NCBI GenBank assembly: GCA_010909165.1
Contig: VJWM01000025.1
Coordinates: forward strand, 3,190,997 to 3,254,996
Origin: Anthoceros angustus
Taxonomy: Eukaryota; Plantae; Anthocerotophyta
Direction of reading: 5' to 3'
Length of the DNA: 64,000 nt
The notes under the pieces are model-generated. The model saw only the letters and a program-made list of their open reading frames with translations, made no database searches and had not been told where the DNA came from. Each line of letters opens with the position of its first letter. Position 1 is the stretch's first letter. Both the position numbers and the translations under genes were made by a program. Positions 1 to 11,747 of the stretch are shown in pieces.

Positions 1-1753
1 GCCCCCATGACATGTGTGACCACTTTCACCCTATCACCCTAAACTCCATCCGGCTGAACCAGGGACTGAAGAAATGTCTCGTGTTCCTGCCTCCCCATCC
101 GAAGGAAGCGGTACCGCTGCTCCTGAAATCACTCTTTAGTCAGCTTCAGCAAACACATTTGGTTGCAACCAGGGTTTCTAAAATCCGCTGTCATTATGTC
201 CCCTTCATTTTTATTCAATGACACTCCAGCAGCGCGTCTCCGTCGAGATACAACAACTGCCTCTGTTGGGGCCTGCCAAGTCTCATTCAAAGGCTTCGGA
301 TGGAAAGAACGATACACATCCGGTGTCTGGAAGTCGTCCACGTCCTCTTCGTCCCCAATGGGCCCTTCATGAACTGGTGAGTGCAAGCGACCAACATCAA
401 CTGCATGAAACAAGCCCCGACGTGCAATCGTCAACCCATCTCCCCGGGGAACGTCATTCACACTTGTTGCACTAGAATCTGGACAGCATTTAGATGGGCT
501 TCCCTCCAAAGCAGCGTAAAGATGCAAATTCCTAGGTGTCGTGGGCACACCCCACGGGATACTTGGCGATGCCAAATGTCGACGTCTGCGTCTGGTGTTT
601 GCATGACCAATATTGAAACATCTCACATGGATCACACCATACGGACTCTCACAACCAACAATATCAATTCCCATACGAAGGGAACAAATCAAACCTTCGT
701 CATGGAAACCACCTTCGGGAATGGGAAAGCGAACATGACGCGGAGGGAGAGGTGCAGTTGCTGTGGCATCCTGTACAGCTAGCCTCTTCCCTTTTCTAAC
801 TTCATCAGAAGCCCTCACACATTGCGAAGGCATTCCTTGTTCCAACGCTTCATCCTGCACGCCGATCCATTGGCTTCAATCAAATGCAACAAACAACATA
901 GACTAGGAATAGTATGTGAGCCTTGCAAAAGATAAGAACTCCAACCTCCTCTCCTTCCGGCGTGTGGGTTAGGTTCAATATTGCATGCCTACGGCTAGTG
1001 GAGAACCTCGACTTTGAGGGCCCTGGTAGTGTGAAAAGAAGACGCCGGCAGGCGGAAGAGGCCTGCCTTAGCAGACCTTGAGCGACGAGGATGATCGAAA
1101 AGGAAGACGCATGCAAACGGCGGCTACATGCCTTGAAAGGCCTAGAGCGAAGAGGGAGAGCACCTTATTTTGCCAACTAATTACTCAAACATGATTGAGT
1201 ATCCACAAGAGATCTCCAACGATAAATCACGCCGTCATTCCTTTTTATTGACGTAAATTAATGTGCCACATCTAGCCATCACCAAAGACAGTGTGATTAT
1301 GGGTCAGTCAGAGTTAAAATTTGGGCATGTGTAAATATGGTGTCCTACGCTAATTCAGCCGCGTTTTGGGCTATAAAGGTATCGGGGCAAGGAAACCCTA
1401 CTAACCCAATGTTAAAGTTTTGTTTCGGCAGTTCGCGTTATGGTGTGGCGTGCTTGCACGTAAGTCCACTCTAGTAGAAGTAACGGCCGGCTTGCTTGCA
1501 GCTTTGTTTGCTCGCTGATTTCAAGCACAGTTCAGATGCAATCTCAGGCATCCGAGCTTCGTGGCAACGCGCTCTAGAGCGAAGAGCAGCCCTCGTCAGT
1601 TGATTTGGAGTTAAGAGGCAGCGCAAGACATTCTTCAAGTGTGCTAGGCAGCAGCTATTGTGAGAGAGGTCCGTCTTTCATCCTTGTAGTCGATTTTGAA
1701 CATCCGCGCCATTGTGTGTTGTGCTTAATGTTTGTAGGTTTGTTTGCATGAAG

Positions 1754-2350
1754 ATGGCAAGCAGGAGGAGGAGCAAGAGGAACCAGGCAGACCTAGTCGC
1801 CGATCCACCAGCGCCGCCTAAGAAGCCAAAGAAAACCGAGGCTGCAAACAAGGCAAAGATGGTAGCTCCCACCGGAACGGAATTGTTCAAGGTGCAACTT
1901 ACTAGGTCTGCACATGAAGGCACTTTGCCAATGCAATCGGCACACCCTGCATGTGTGGGAGGGCATATTGCCTTTGCGGAGGCAAAATCTGGGAGCATGT
2001 CTTCAGGGAAGAGTAGCAGAACAAAGGCTGGTGGCAGACAAGGTGAGAAGGTTGTGAAAAGTACCAAGCAACCCATGCCCGTGCCAATTCCTTCTCCATT
2101 CAGCTACAAGGAGACGATGCTCATCCGACGAATTGGTGGCCAGATTGACCCTGTTGTTATTGTGGACAAGGATTGGATGCTCGTCCAAGATCCACATCCA
2201 GATGAGGAAAGTGTGTCATGGACGCCATTGCTGAAACTGTGGATAATGGGGTACGGGGGGCTTTGCCCAGTCAAAGAGTTAGAGCTGGTTGGATTATATG
2301 GGCAAAAATGGACATCAATCAAGGTAAACTTGGGCTCTCCCTCATTATGA
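1754..2350 (+). pseudogene. ORF of unknown function (MASRRRSKRNQ...) ending at the hairpin/TIR insertion site
   Basis: ~200-codon ORF downstream of an intron-acceptor-like TTTGTAG. It terminates inside the hairpin at 2320-2362. Possible further exons follow 5725. No family recognised. Confidence 0.3.
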
Positions 2351-3195
2351 GGGAGAGCCCAAAACACGATAATTTTTGAAGGGGGATATCGGCCCCTTGG
2401 TAGAAAGACCCCTTGTTACGAAGAACACCTTTCCTAGAACAGCATATGTGCCCTACTTTGATAATGCACACACCTTTACGAGGTCATACCTTTGATAAAA
2501 GATGCACTTTCAAGTCTACACCAACTGGAGCACAATAGGGTGTGGGCCCGTCTGCGTTTTGTAGAATGCATAGAGGGCTGCCATTTTCATATGTTTATTA
2601 CAACCGAAAACTTTTACTTTCAAGTGGTGGAACACAATGAAAACAATCTTGTACTAGCGAGTCTTATTTCAATGGTCGTGAGAACATTGCAACAAACAAG
2701 CTAAAGGAGGAAGTGGTCATCGGCATCGACAATAGTCATTCAAGAGTGCGGCTGGCGACTCATCCATGCCTTGCGCGGAGTCAAGTACCACCGCCATATT
2801 CGAGGCGGTCCATATCCTCCGCCTCGAAGTTGTCGTTCTCCTCCATTGCTTGCTCGTCTTCAATAGTACCATTCTTGGGCCCGTCCAGTGTCGGCCACCA
2901 CGGCATCTAGCATCTGCGACCCTCATCCAAAAGGTCGCCGTCGTGGTCTTCAACCTTCGGCACTCAATGCAACCACTTGGGCTTTAAGGCAATGCTAGCG
3001 TCCTTAAAATGAACAAAGTTAGTTGCCCATGCGCCCATGCAAGCATCCTTAAAATCAACAAAATTGAGTTGTTAGGAAGATACGGGTTTGAACACAACCT
3101 ATTCATTACTACACTTATTTCCCAAACACTAGACCAACAATCCCAAGTTGCAACTCTCTTGAGGCGCTAAATATATATTTTCTTGAAGACAGCCT

Positions 3196-3581
3196 ATGAG
3201 GAGGGCGCCGGCCGGCCAGCGCCCATGGGTGGCGTGTGCTAGGGAGGCGCCGGCCGGCGCCCATGGGGGCGTGTGGGGGGGCGCCGGCCGGCCGGCGCCC
3301 ATGGGTGGGGGCGGCGCGGCCATGGGCGGTGCTAGGGAGGCGGCGGCGGTGCCCATGGGCGTGTGCTAGGGGCGCCGGCCGGCCGCGGGTGCTAGGGAGG
3401 CGCCGCCGGCCGGCGCCATGGGCGGTGTGCTAGGGGGGCCGGCGCCCATGGCGGCGGCGTGTTGGCGCGGCCGGCGCCCATGGGCGTGTGCTAGGGGCGC
3501 CGGCCGCGCCATGGCAGTGTGCTAGGGAGGCGCCGGCCGGCCGGGCATCTTGGGGCGCCGGCCGGCCGGCGCCCTCCTCAT
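3196..3581. mobile_element. GC-rich MITE-like element nested in the TIR element, with an internal ~35-bp minisatellite
   Basis: Perfect 22-bp inverted termini ATGAGGAGGGCGCCGGCCGGCC (3196-3217 and 3560-3581). CCT flanks both sides. The interior is degenerate tandem GGCGCCGGCCGGCGCCCATGGGCGTGTGCTAGGGA. Confidence 0.65.
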
Positions 3582-3721
3582 CCTCCGGTGCATGCGGGTG
3601 AAGCTAGGGGGACAAGAAGGGCAGCGGTATCCTATCACCGATGGAAGGTGTGGCCCATTTGCGGGAAGGGTTAAAAGATTTGCGTCCATAAGTGATTGAA
3701 GAGTACAAGTGGTGGGAAGCC

Positions 3722-5578
3722 TTTTGGGTGGACCGGAAGGAGATTGCTATCATTGTGGAGAATAACATTGGGCTAGTGCTACAGCGTCCTTGGAAGTGGT
3801 TTTCACGTGCAGAAGTGGATCATACATGACCACTTCAAGTGCGGATGAAGCTTTGCTAGATGAGGCATTATTGAGGACCTCCCACGGCGTGATATGTAGG
3901 GGCATATCAAAATGCGGAAGGCAAGCTGGGAAATGGCACGGATGAATGGGGACATAACGGAAATCAGAGGGATGTTTACGGCGGTGCCGTGCAATACGGA
4001 CACGCATACTAGGCCATTACGGATTGGGAGGTCATTGGCGTGAAGCTAAGCGCTGACCTCACTTTCTTATCCACTATCGGACCGAGCACATAGATGCGTA
4101 TGAAGGAGATATGTGCGAGAATACATAGTCCGCCAGAGTGGTAACCCATCGGTCCAATCGAGGAAAAAGGGAATAAGGTCCATTACCTAAAAACATACAG
4201 GAGGTATTTGTAGATGAAACAGTCATCTATTATGGGTTTGTGTTGAGCACGGAAACATCATGCGGTGGACAAAAAGCGATAAGGGATAAGCTCTGCGAGT
4301 TGCGTGGCTTCATACAACTGCGAGTCAAAGTGTCATCAAGATAGTGATGACAATGGAGGAGAATTTGGACCAAGTGATGACGATGGATTGAACTACGGGG
4401 ATGAGTGAAAGAAATCTCGTTTTCCGGGGTCCCGAGTTAATGTTGTAAGTCCGGTTCTTGATGTTTACGTGTTAGGAAATACCTGCGTGGCTTTTGTGGT
4501 GTCATAACAAAACCACATTTCCATCCCAAAAGCGAGTTCTGATCGTCCACCGGCGAGCGGCCTTCCTCACCGTTCCTACTTTGCATCATTCCCTAGGTTC
4601 GAGTTTGCGACCACCATTCGACACAAACATTCTTTGGATGGAAAGTAGTAACTTCTTTGGGTGGACCGGAAGGAGATTGCTATCATTGTGGAGAATAACA
4701 TTGGGCTAGTGCTAGTCATTCTTGGAAGTGGTTTTCACGTGTAGAAGTGGATCATACACACCACCACTTCAAGTGCGGATGAAGCTTTGCTAGATGAGGC
4801 ATTATTGAGGGACCTCCCACGCGATATGTATTTGGGGCATATCAAAATGCGGAAGGCAATCGTGGGAAATGGCACGGATGAATGGGGACATAACGGAACC
4901 GAGAGGGATGTTTCCGCGCTGCAATACGGACACGCATACAGCCATTCGGATTGGGAGGTCATTGACGTGAAGCTAAACGCACCACGACCTCACTTTCTTA
5001 TCCACTAGTATCGGACCGAGCACATAGATGCGTATGAAGGAGATATGTGCAGAACACATAGTCCGCCAGAGTGGTAACCCATCCGTCCAATGCCGAGGAA
5101 AAAGGGAATAAGATCCATTACCTAAAAACATACAGAGGTATTTGTGAATGAAATACCATCCCAGACATGGGTTTGTGTTGAACGACGGAAACATCATGCG
5201 GTGGACAAAAAGCGATAAGGGATAAGCTCTGCGAGTTGCGTGGCTTCATACAACCCGCAGTGAAAGTGTCAAGATAGTGATGACAATGCAGGAGAAGTCG
5301 ACCAAGTGATGACGATGGATTGAACTCGGGATGAGTGAAACTGAAATCTGCTTTTTCCCGGGTCCCAGTTAATGTTGTAAGTCCGGCTGATGTTTCGTGT
5401 TAGGAAATACCGTCCGTGGCTTTTGTGGTGTCATAACAAAACCACATTTCCATCCCAAAATCGAGTTTACTGCCCCGCCCGGCAGAACGGCCTCACCGCT
5501 CCTACTTTGCATCATTCCCTAGGTTCGAGTTTCATACCACCATTCGACACAAACATTGCCGGATGGAAAGTAGTAACT
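3722..5578 (+). repeat. ~930-bp tandem duplication inside the TIR element
   Basis: GGGTGGACCGGAAGGAGATTGCTATC begins at ~3726 and ~4658. Both copies end in GGATGGAAAGTAGTAACT (~4652, ~5578). Confidence 0.9.
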
Positions 5579-6204
5579 CGGTGACACCTTTTTTCGAGCT
5601 TTTTCCGAATGCCTTCAAAGCCTTTTAGGGCCCATCAAAAACCCCCTTCAGAGATTATTTGCGGAAAACCCCCTTCGAGATTATTAACCCCCTTCAAAAA
5701 TTATCGTGTTCCAAGTTTACCTTGTTTTGCACCACCAAGCCATATGAGTTCGAGGTAGTAATCCAAGACCCTGATGTGTATAGGTTGTAAGTTCTCAGTC
5801 TGAGAGGGTTTCACTCCATGAAATGTGCACCTCAATCATTTGTCGAAGAAATCTGCGACTGCATGCACCTACACACTGTAAGTTGTCTGAAATGACAGTC
5901 TTGTTGGTTGCACTGTGACTTTAATGAATGACCCATCTTTCGGTTTTTCGTTTGCAGCTACCCTTAGTCGGAAGGGCACTCATCACGGCTTTCTGTGGGA
6001 AGATTACAGAGACAATTGTGGACCATAGAAGGGAGGTGTCCATGAGACGGGTGAGAGCAGCAATGTAGAGAAGTAATGAAGAGGCAGAAAGTTCGGAGCC
6101 GAAGATTCCAGAAATATAGCTCTCGCTCGTGGGAAACTAGCATGCCCTATATGGCATAGGGAGATGTCTCTTAGCATAGGCAGGTACGTAGCAAACCCTT
6201 CTTT

Positions 6205-7106
6205 TAAATTCTTCCATTGCTTGACCCACTCAAGCTCGTCCTTGCTCTTGAATAGGAAAGGAAGCAGGTTCCTGGCTTATAGCCAGCCTTCCGATTCGCA
6301 CCGGCTTCTTTATCTACTACGATGACGTTCCGCTTGGTCTTGGTCCAACCTCTGGCCTGTTCTCTCACGACTTGCAGCTGTGGCGCCCCTCTCGACGACT
6401 TTGGGACCCACTTAGCTCGCTGTCCAATAGGATTGCTACACGTGATGCAATCCGAGACGTCATGTTCTCCATTGCCAAGGAGAGAGGATTCTATCCTTTC
6501 AGGAAGCGCCCATATCGACATTTCTCTTAGGGCTGACCTATCTCTGACGCAGGGGGACCCGATCTTTGTTGTAGATGTGGTTGTAACAGACCCTACTCGA
6601 ATACTGTTTGTGAGCATATCATCATCAACCCTCCGGGTTGGATGGCAGAGGGATGCGCTATAGCCAAGGTTCAGATGTACACCCCCATCCAGGAAGGCCA
6701 TGCTTTCATTCCCCTTGCTGTTGAGGCACACAGGGGCATGGGCAAGGACTTCTCGAGGTTTATCAAGGCTTGTACTAAAGCATACTACATCTGCAAGAAA
6801 ATGATAGGTCTCCCTCTTTCTTGTGTGGTGACTTTCTTCCGGTAACGAGTATCCATTGCTTGGCAAAGAGCATTGGCAAATGCAATTTTCAGGACAACTT
6901 TGAACGCGGGGAATGTAGCATCGTCAGCTTTGGTGCATAGTAGGCCTTCCTTATTCTAGACTATGACATCTTGAGAGCGGTAGGTAGCTTTAGAGTAGAC
7001 GTTCGAGGGGCCTAGTCCCCCTTGGCCTGAGGCCCTCTAGAAGGTTGTTCCCCATTGCCCCAATGTAGATGGGACTTCCCATCTCTACATATTTATAAAG
7101 TCTACA

Positions 7107-7109
<3 letters not shown>
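6205..7109 (+). mobile_element. 5'-truncated non-LTR retrotransposon with restriction-like endonuclease (CRE-like), frameshifted
   Basis: Motifs in the expected order across frames: AGSWL, zinc finger CSCGAPLDDFGTHLARC, HDAIRD, RADL...VVDVVVTDP, AFIPLAVE, RVSIAWQRALANAI. These are typical of the C-terminus of RLE-type LINE ORFs. Confidence 0.75.

Positions 7110-7190
<81 letters not shown>
7110..7190. repeat. Compound (TC)n(AT)n microsatellite
   Basis: Directly visible. Confidence 0.98.
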
Positions 7191-7192
<2 letters not shown>

Positions 7193-7489
7193 CCAACTCT
7201 CGAGCAAGAGGGTGCATATATACCATCTTGGGTGCATATATATATATGCACCCAAGATGGTATGTTCCATGCATTTTGTAGGGACGATAAAGCAATAAAT
7301 GCTTGCTCGGTAGGGAGGATAAAGCAATAAATGCCTATGAACCTAGTCAACATTAAGATGTAAGTCCTTTTAGAGTTAAGAGGCCCTTTAAGATAGCTTT
7401 GAAAAAGTTCCATAATTATCATGAACTTTTAGATATATTTCATGTACAATATAAATTTTCACTGACAATGGCATTTGAACCCATACTCT

Positions 7490-7588
7490 TTTAGACCAAA
7501 GATAGGGTCTAAGAACTCATACCCATTTAGACCAAAGATAGGTCTAAGAACTTATACCCATCTAGACTAAAGATAGGGTCTTAGACCA
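7490..7588. repeat. ~36-bp tandem repeat x3 with internal dyad
   Basis: TTAGACCAAAGATAGGGTCTAAGAACTCATACCCAT repeated; TTAGACC/GGTCTAA are inverted. Confidence 0.85.
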
Positions 7589-9150
7589 ACATAAACATAA
7601 CAATAATTATATTTATATCCAATCGACTCATCTATATCAATCTATAGTTAGTTAAATTGCAATAAAAAAACCTACATTTAGTATCTTATATAAAAATAAA
7701 ATAATTATTATAATTATCTATATTTTTTATAATTCATTGATGTCTTTAAATATTAATCATGACTTAGAGATCCTTTTCTTCCACTAGGCGATGATGCTGT
7801 TAGGGTAATGAGTGTTTGAACTGGAGTTTGGTATATAAGGTGACATACGAGCCAACAAGATGACACGAGACAACTTAGCGAACACCACGTAGCAGTGAAG
7901 CTGAGGCAGGCAGGCAGGCGGGGTCCTGGCGCACAAGCACGCAATAGCAACGAAGGAGGAGCTGTGGGAGGAGAAATTGGAGTGCAGGGGACTGAGCGTG
8001 GGCACCTTCCGCTTGGCTGGCTCGCAGGGCCAAATCTCGCAACAGCAAAATTGGCGGAGGGAGCAGGGCATTGGAGAGCAGGAAGCGGTGGTTGATGCAT
8101 GGCCGGTGGAAGAGGACACACAGAAGGAGCGTGTGAGACTGTTGCGAGGCTGCAGGCAGGCCTGTCTCGGCCCGGCCGAGGGATACAGCGCAGCCGGCGT
8201 GAGGAGTGTCATGTGACGAGAGCTGGGGGAGGAAGGAGGGTGAGGGAAGGAAGGCGAGGGTGAAAGACAGGCAGACAGACGAGTGTGACGAGGGTAACGT
8301 GTGACGATCCGGGTCCGGGGGGGCGGAGGGTGGGGGGGTTTGGGCTGGAGCTGAGCGTAGAGGGAGGCTGTGTGTTGTGAGTGCGTTTGAAGCTCCTCTG
8401 ACTCTGCTTGTTTGGATAGGGGAGTAGGAATGGAATGAACGGGATCTTGGGTTGCCTGCCTCCACAGGTTTCTGCTCCTTCTGCGGTCGGGTGGAAGTGT
8501 AACCGGTCTGCGGAATGGAGAGATGAGTTGAAGTTGTGGATTCCTTTTCTGGACATGATCTTGATTCTGCAAGCTTTCTTGCTGGGATTTGACGTTGAAG
8601 CTATATGTGTTTAGTTTGTTTGTATGTGTGTGTGTGTGTTTGTGGGTTGCAGCTGCATCTTGGTAGTTTTTGTCCCAGCCACATTTTTCTCCGCTGTCAG
8701 AATCCGAGGCAGCGGAGTTGGGTGTTTTTGCTGTCCTGCGGGGTGAGGATGGTTGTGATTGAGTCACCAAGTTGTTGTTCCCCGGGCCTCTCTCCCCTGT
8801 TGTCGTCCTTGTCAATGGTTTCTGGACAAATGAAGGTGAGCTTGCTGGCTCTTTCTTGGCCCATGGCTGTCCACCCAGAGGGAGTTGACTGTTGGAGTTC
8901 TTCTAGTTTTTTGAGACAAGTGGTCACCCTGTGTAGCCTGTTCTTGCTGGGAGCGGGGGCGGGAACTGCAGAGCATGAATGTAGGACGTGTTTGTGCAGG
9001 AAAGAGGAGAGCGAGAGAGTGAGGAAGAGCAAGCGTGAGAGAGAGAGAAAAGTAGAGAGAAGAGTAGAAAGAATAGAGGCTGGACCGTGCTTGGCAGGCA
9101 CCACGGTTTGAAGACGCTGAGAGAGAAGTGCTCATTTTTGTTTGATTTCC

Positions 9151-11747
9151 ATGCCCATGGCAAACGCCTCCGGACCGAATGTGAAGATGTCACTCGGCTC
9201 CCGAAAGCTTGTGGTACGGGACTTGAACTTCCCACTCTTTTGTGGCCAGTGACTTGAGTTCCAATTTCACACGGTCCACGGTTTACTTTGGATAATTTGG
9301 TTTTGCTGTACATTTTTCAGGTGCTAGGGATTCCATGGGATGTTGACACGGAAGGACTTAGACAGTACATGAGCAAGTATGGGGAACTGGATGACGTTAT
9401 TGTCATGAAGGTAGGAGCAAGACTGGTCTTGGTTGTCTGAATTGTGTCTTGATATGGTTTTAGGTTGGCTATGACTACTCTTTTCTGAACAATTGATCAC
9501 TACAGGACCGGGCTACAGGTCGATCCCGTGGTTTTGGTTATGTCACTTTTACTGCAACTGAAGATGCTGAGGTATGGTCCCCTCCTCCCTCCCCTCCCTC
9601 TGCTTCCGCTTAGATGCTTGAGATATCGGTGGTGTACACAAGCGATCCAATTATCCATGCGCTTTGGTGGCAGAAAGCTGTGGCAGCTCAGCACTCATTA
9701 AATGGCCGGATGTTGGAAGTGAAGGTGGCAACACCTAAGGTGAGGCACACTGCCCTGCCAGATATATGCTACCCTGTTCTAAGTCAAATGGATGCGGACA
9801 AGTACTTGATAGGATGTGGAACGTGTCTTGCGATCGAAGGCTTTGAGAATCTGTCGTCAATGACAAAGCTTTATGAGCCGGCTGATAACTTCCAAACTCC
9901 CTAACAGGGTTCCTTGCTTTTTCTTCAGGAGGACATGAAGCCACCTTCAAAAAAGGTCACCCGCGTATTTGTAGCCAGAATTCCGCCTAGCGTGACTGAT
10001 GATGTCTTCAGAGCGTAAGAATGGTCCTGTCATTATGGCAACTGTTTGGCTTGACGGAATGTCCTGACAAGAATTCCTTTTAAAGAGAGCTTTCAGTTTG
10101 GAATTGTTGGAACTTGGCACTTGGTATGGTTGAAGCTTGTTGTATAGTTGTCAGAATGGTCTGAGGGATGTGTCTTTCTTTACGAATACATGTAGCTTCT
10201 CCCCTTGACAGCTTGTTTTGAATGTATAATGCACCTTAGGTACTTTGAAAAGTATGGAACTCTCACTGATGCATATATGCCCAAGGTAGGCTCTTCTGCC
10301 CTGATGCTCTGTTTTTCTTCCTTGTGTCTATGAGCATAGTGCTGGAACTGACAAAATAGGGATGTTGCTGGCAGGACCAAGGATCCAAAGCCCATCGTGG
10401 AATTGGATTCGTTACTTTCGAAAATTCAGGTGATGGAGCACGGAGGATAAGTTACTTTGTGTCACCTAGTTTTTGGCGCGTCTGAGGTCAGAGTGTGTGT
10501 GCTGGACTCGACTGACAGTGGTCGTGCTGCAGATGCTGTGGATAAGCTTATGTCAGAGACGCATGAACTAGGAGGCTCTACGATTGCTGTTGACAGGGCG
10601 ACTCCGAAGGTGCGGTTTTGATTCAGTGTTCAGAGTGCCTGGCTGCCTGATTTTGTCTGCTTTTACCATCTTTATTCACAGTTGGTCACCGCAGGAAGAA
10701 ACCATGAAGCTTTGGGGAAGAGGGTTCCCACCTTACGGGGCGTACGGTGTTTATACCAATCCAGCACGGTTTGGTGGTTTTGGAGCGTTTGGGGGTTACG
10801 AGTACGCAGGTGCTGCAGCCCTTGGTGCTGAATTGGGGGCTGCTGGCATGGGTGCTGCGTTCGGGGCTGGTGGGTGGCCTCCACCACCTCCTGGAAGCAT
10901 GCTTGGAGGAGCAAGCATGGGAGTTCCAGGTGGAGGAGCAGGCGGTTATGGTTCTGCTCCTCTCCCAGCACCTAGAGGATTGGGAACAAAAATATTTGTG
11001 GGCAGGCTTCCTCCAGAAGCAACTGCAGAGGACCTGCGACGCTATTTCAACAATTTTGGCCGCATTGTAGATGTGTATGTACCAAAGGTGAACGCTGTGT
11101 GTGGATGCTTGAGCTTCTCATGGAACAACGTTGGGTGATATCTGGAGCGCACTCTTAAACGAGTTAACTGGTGTGCTTGGGCCCATGCAGGATGCAAAAA
11201 AACAGTCCCACAGAGGTTTCGGCTTCGTCACATTCTCCGACGAGGGTGCTGCTGAGAGGGTGTCGCTACGAACACACGAGCTCCTAGGACATCAGGTTTG
11301 TGAGCTGCATTGCATTGATGTGCCACTGCACCTTGACAAATGCGTGAGGTGGTCATGTTACGTCGCTGTGTGTTGTTCATCAGATAGCCGTGGATCGTGC
11401 TGCTCCTCAAGACGAAGTCGGTGGGCACCACTCCTATCTGGGTGGCGGAGGGCACGGCTCGGGACCTCCTTCCGGGGGTGCTGGAGGTCCTCTGAGGGGC
11501 GGCAATGGAGCTCTTCCAGGAGGCGCATACGGCGGACTGCCTGGCAACCTAGACTTCGGCGGGGTATGTGACATGAAACCTCTCTTCCAACGACATGCAT
11601 GACAAAGTTTTTGAAGCTGACATGCAATGCCTGTTTTCGCGCGTGCAACAGTGGGGTGGCTACGGGGGCGTGGGACCGATTCCCGCTGGAGACAGCGGAC
11701 CGGGGCATCGGTCCTCCAGGCTAGAACCTCGCTACAGGCCCTACTGA
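9151..11747 (+). CDS. RNA-binding protein with three RRM domains (hnRNP A/B-Musashi-like; resembles Arabidopsis At4g36960)
   Basis: 12 GT-AG exons: 9151(or 9187)-9213, 9321-9410, 9506-9571, 9674-9739, 9929-10014, 10240-10285, 10375-10429, 10533-10609, 10695-11087, 11191-11295, 11384-11563, 11652-11747. RNP motifs LVVLGI/RGFGYVTF, VFVARI/RGIGFVTF and IFVGRL/RGFGFVTF. Gly-rich linkers. C-terminal RYRPY (PY-NLS-like). Confidence 0.93.

Larger units (their letters stand above)
2363..5710. mobile_element. TIR DNA transposon (probably non-autonomous/defective), 23-bp TIRs, 4-bp TSD
   Basis: AACACGATAATTTTTGAAGGGGG (2363-2385) is the exact reverse complement of 5688-5710. CCAA flanks both ends (2359-2362, 5711-5714). 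Subterminal CCCCCTTC..ATTAT repeats lie at 5641-5705. No intact transposase ORF is visible. Confidence 0.85.

Noticed and set aside
7753-9135. Long ORFs upstream of the RRM gene (e.g. 7784-8815 minus, 343 aa)
   Set aside because: Low-complexity GA/GT-rich sequence, several non-ATG starts and no recognisable domain. It could be UTR or a divergent non-coding transcript, but that cannot be supported here. No convincing miRNA match was seen.
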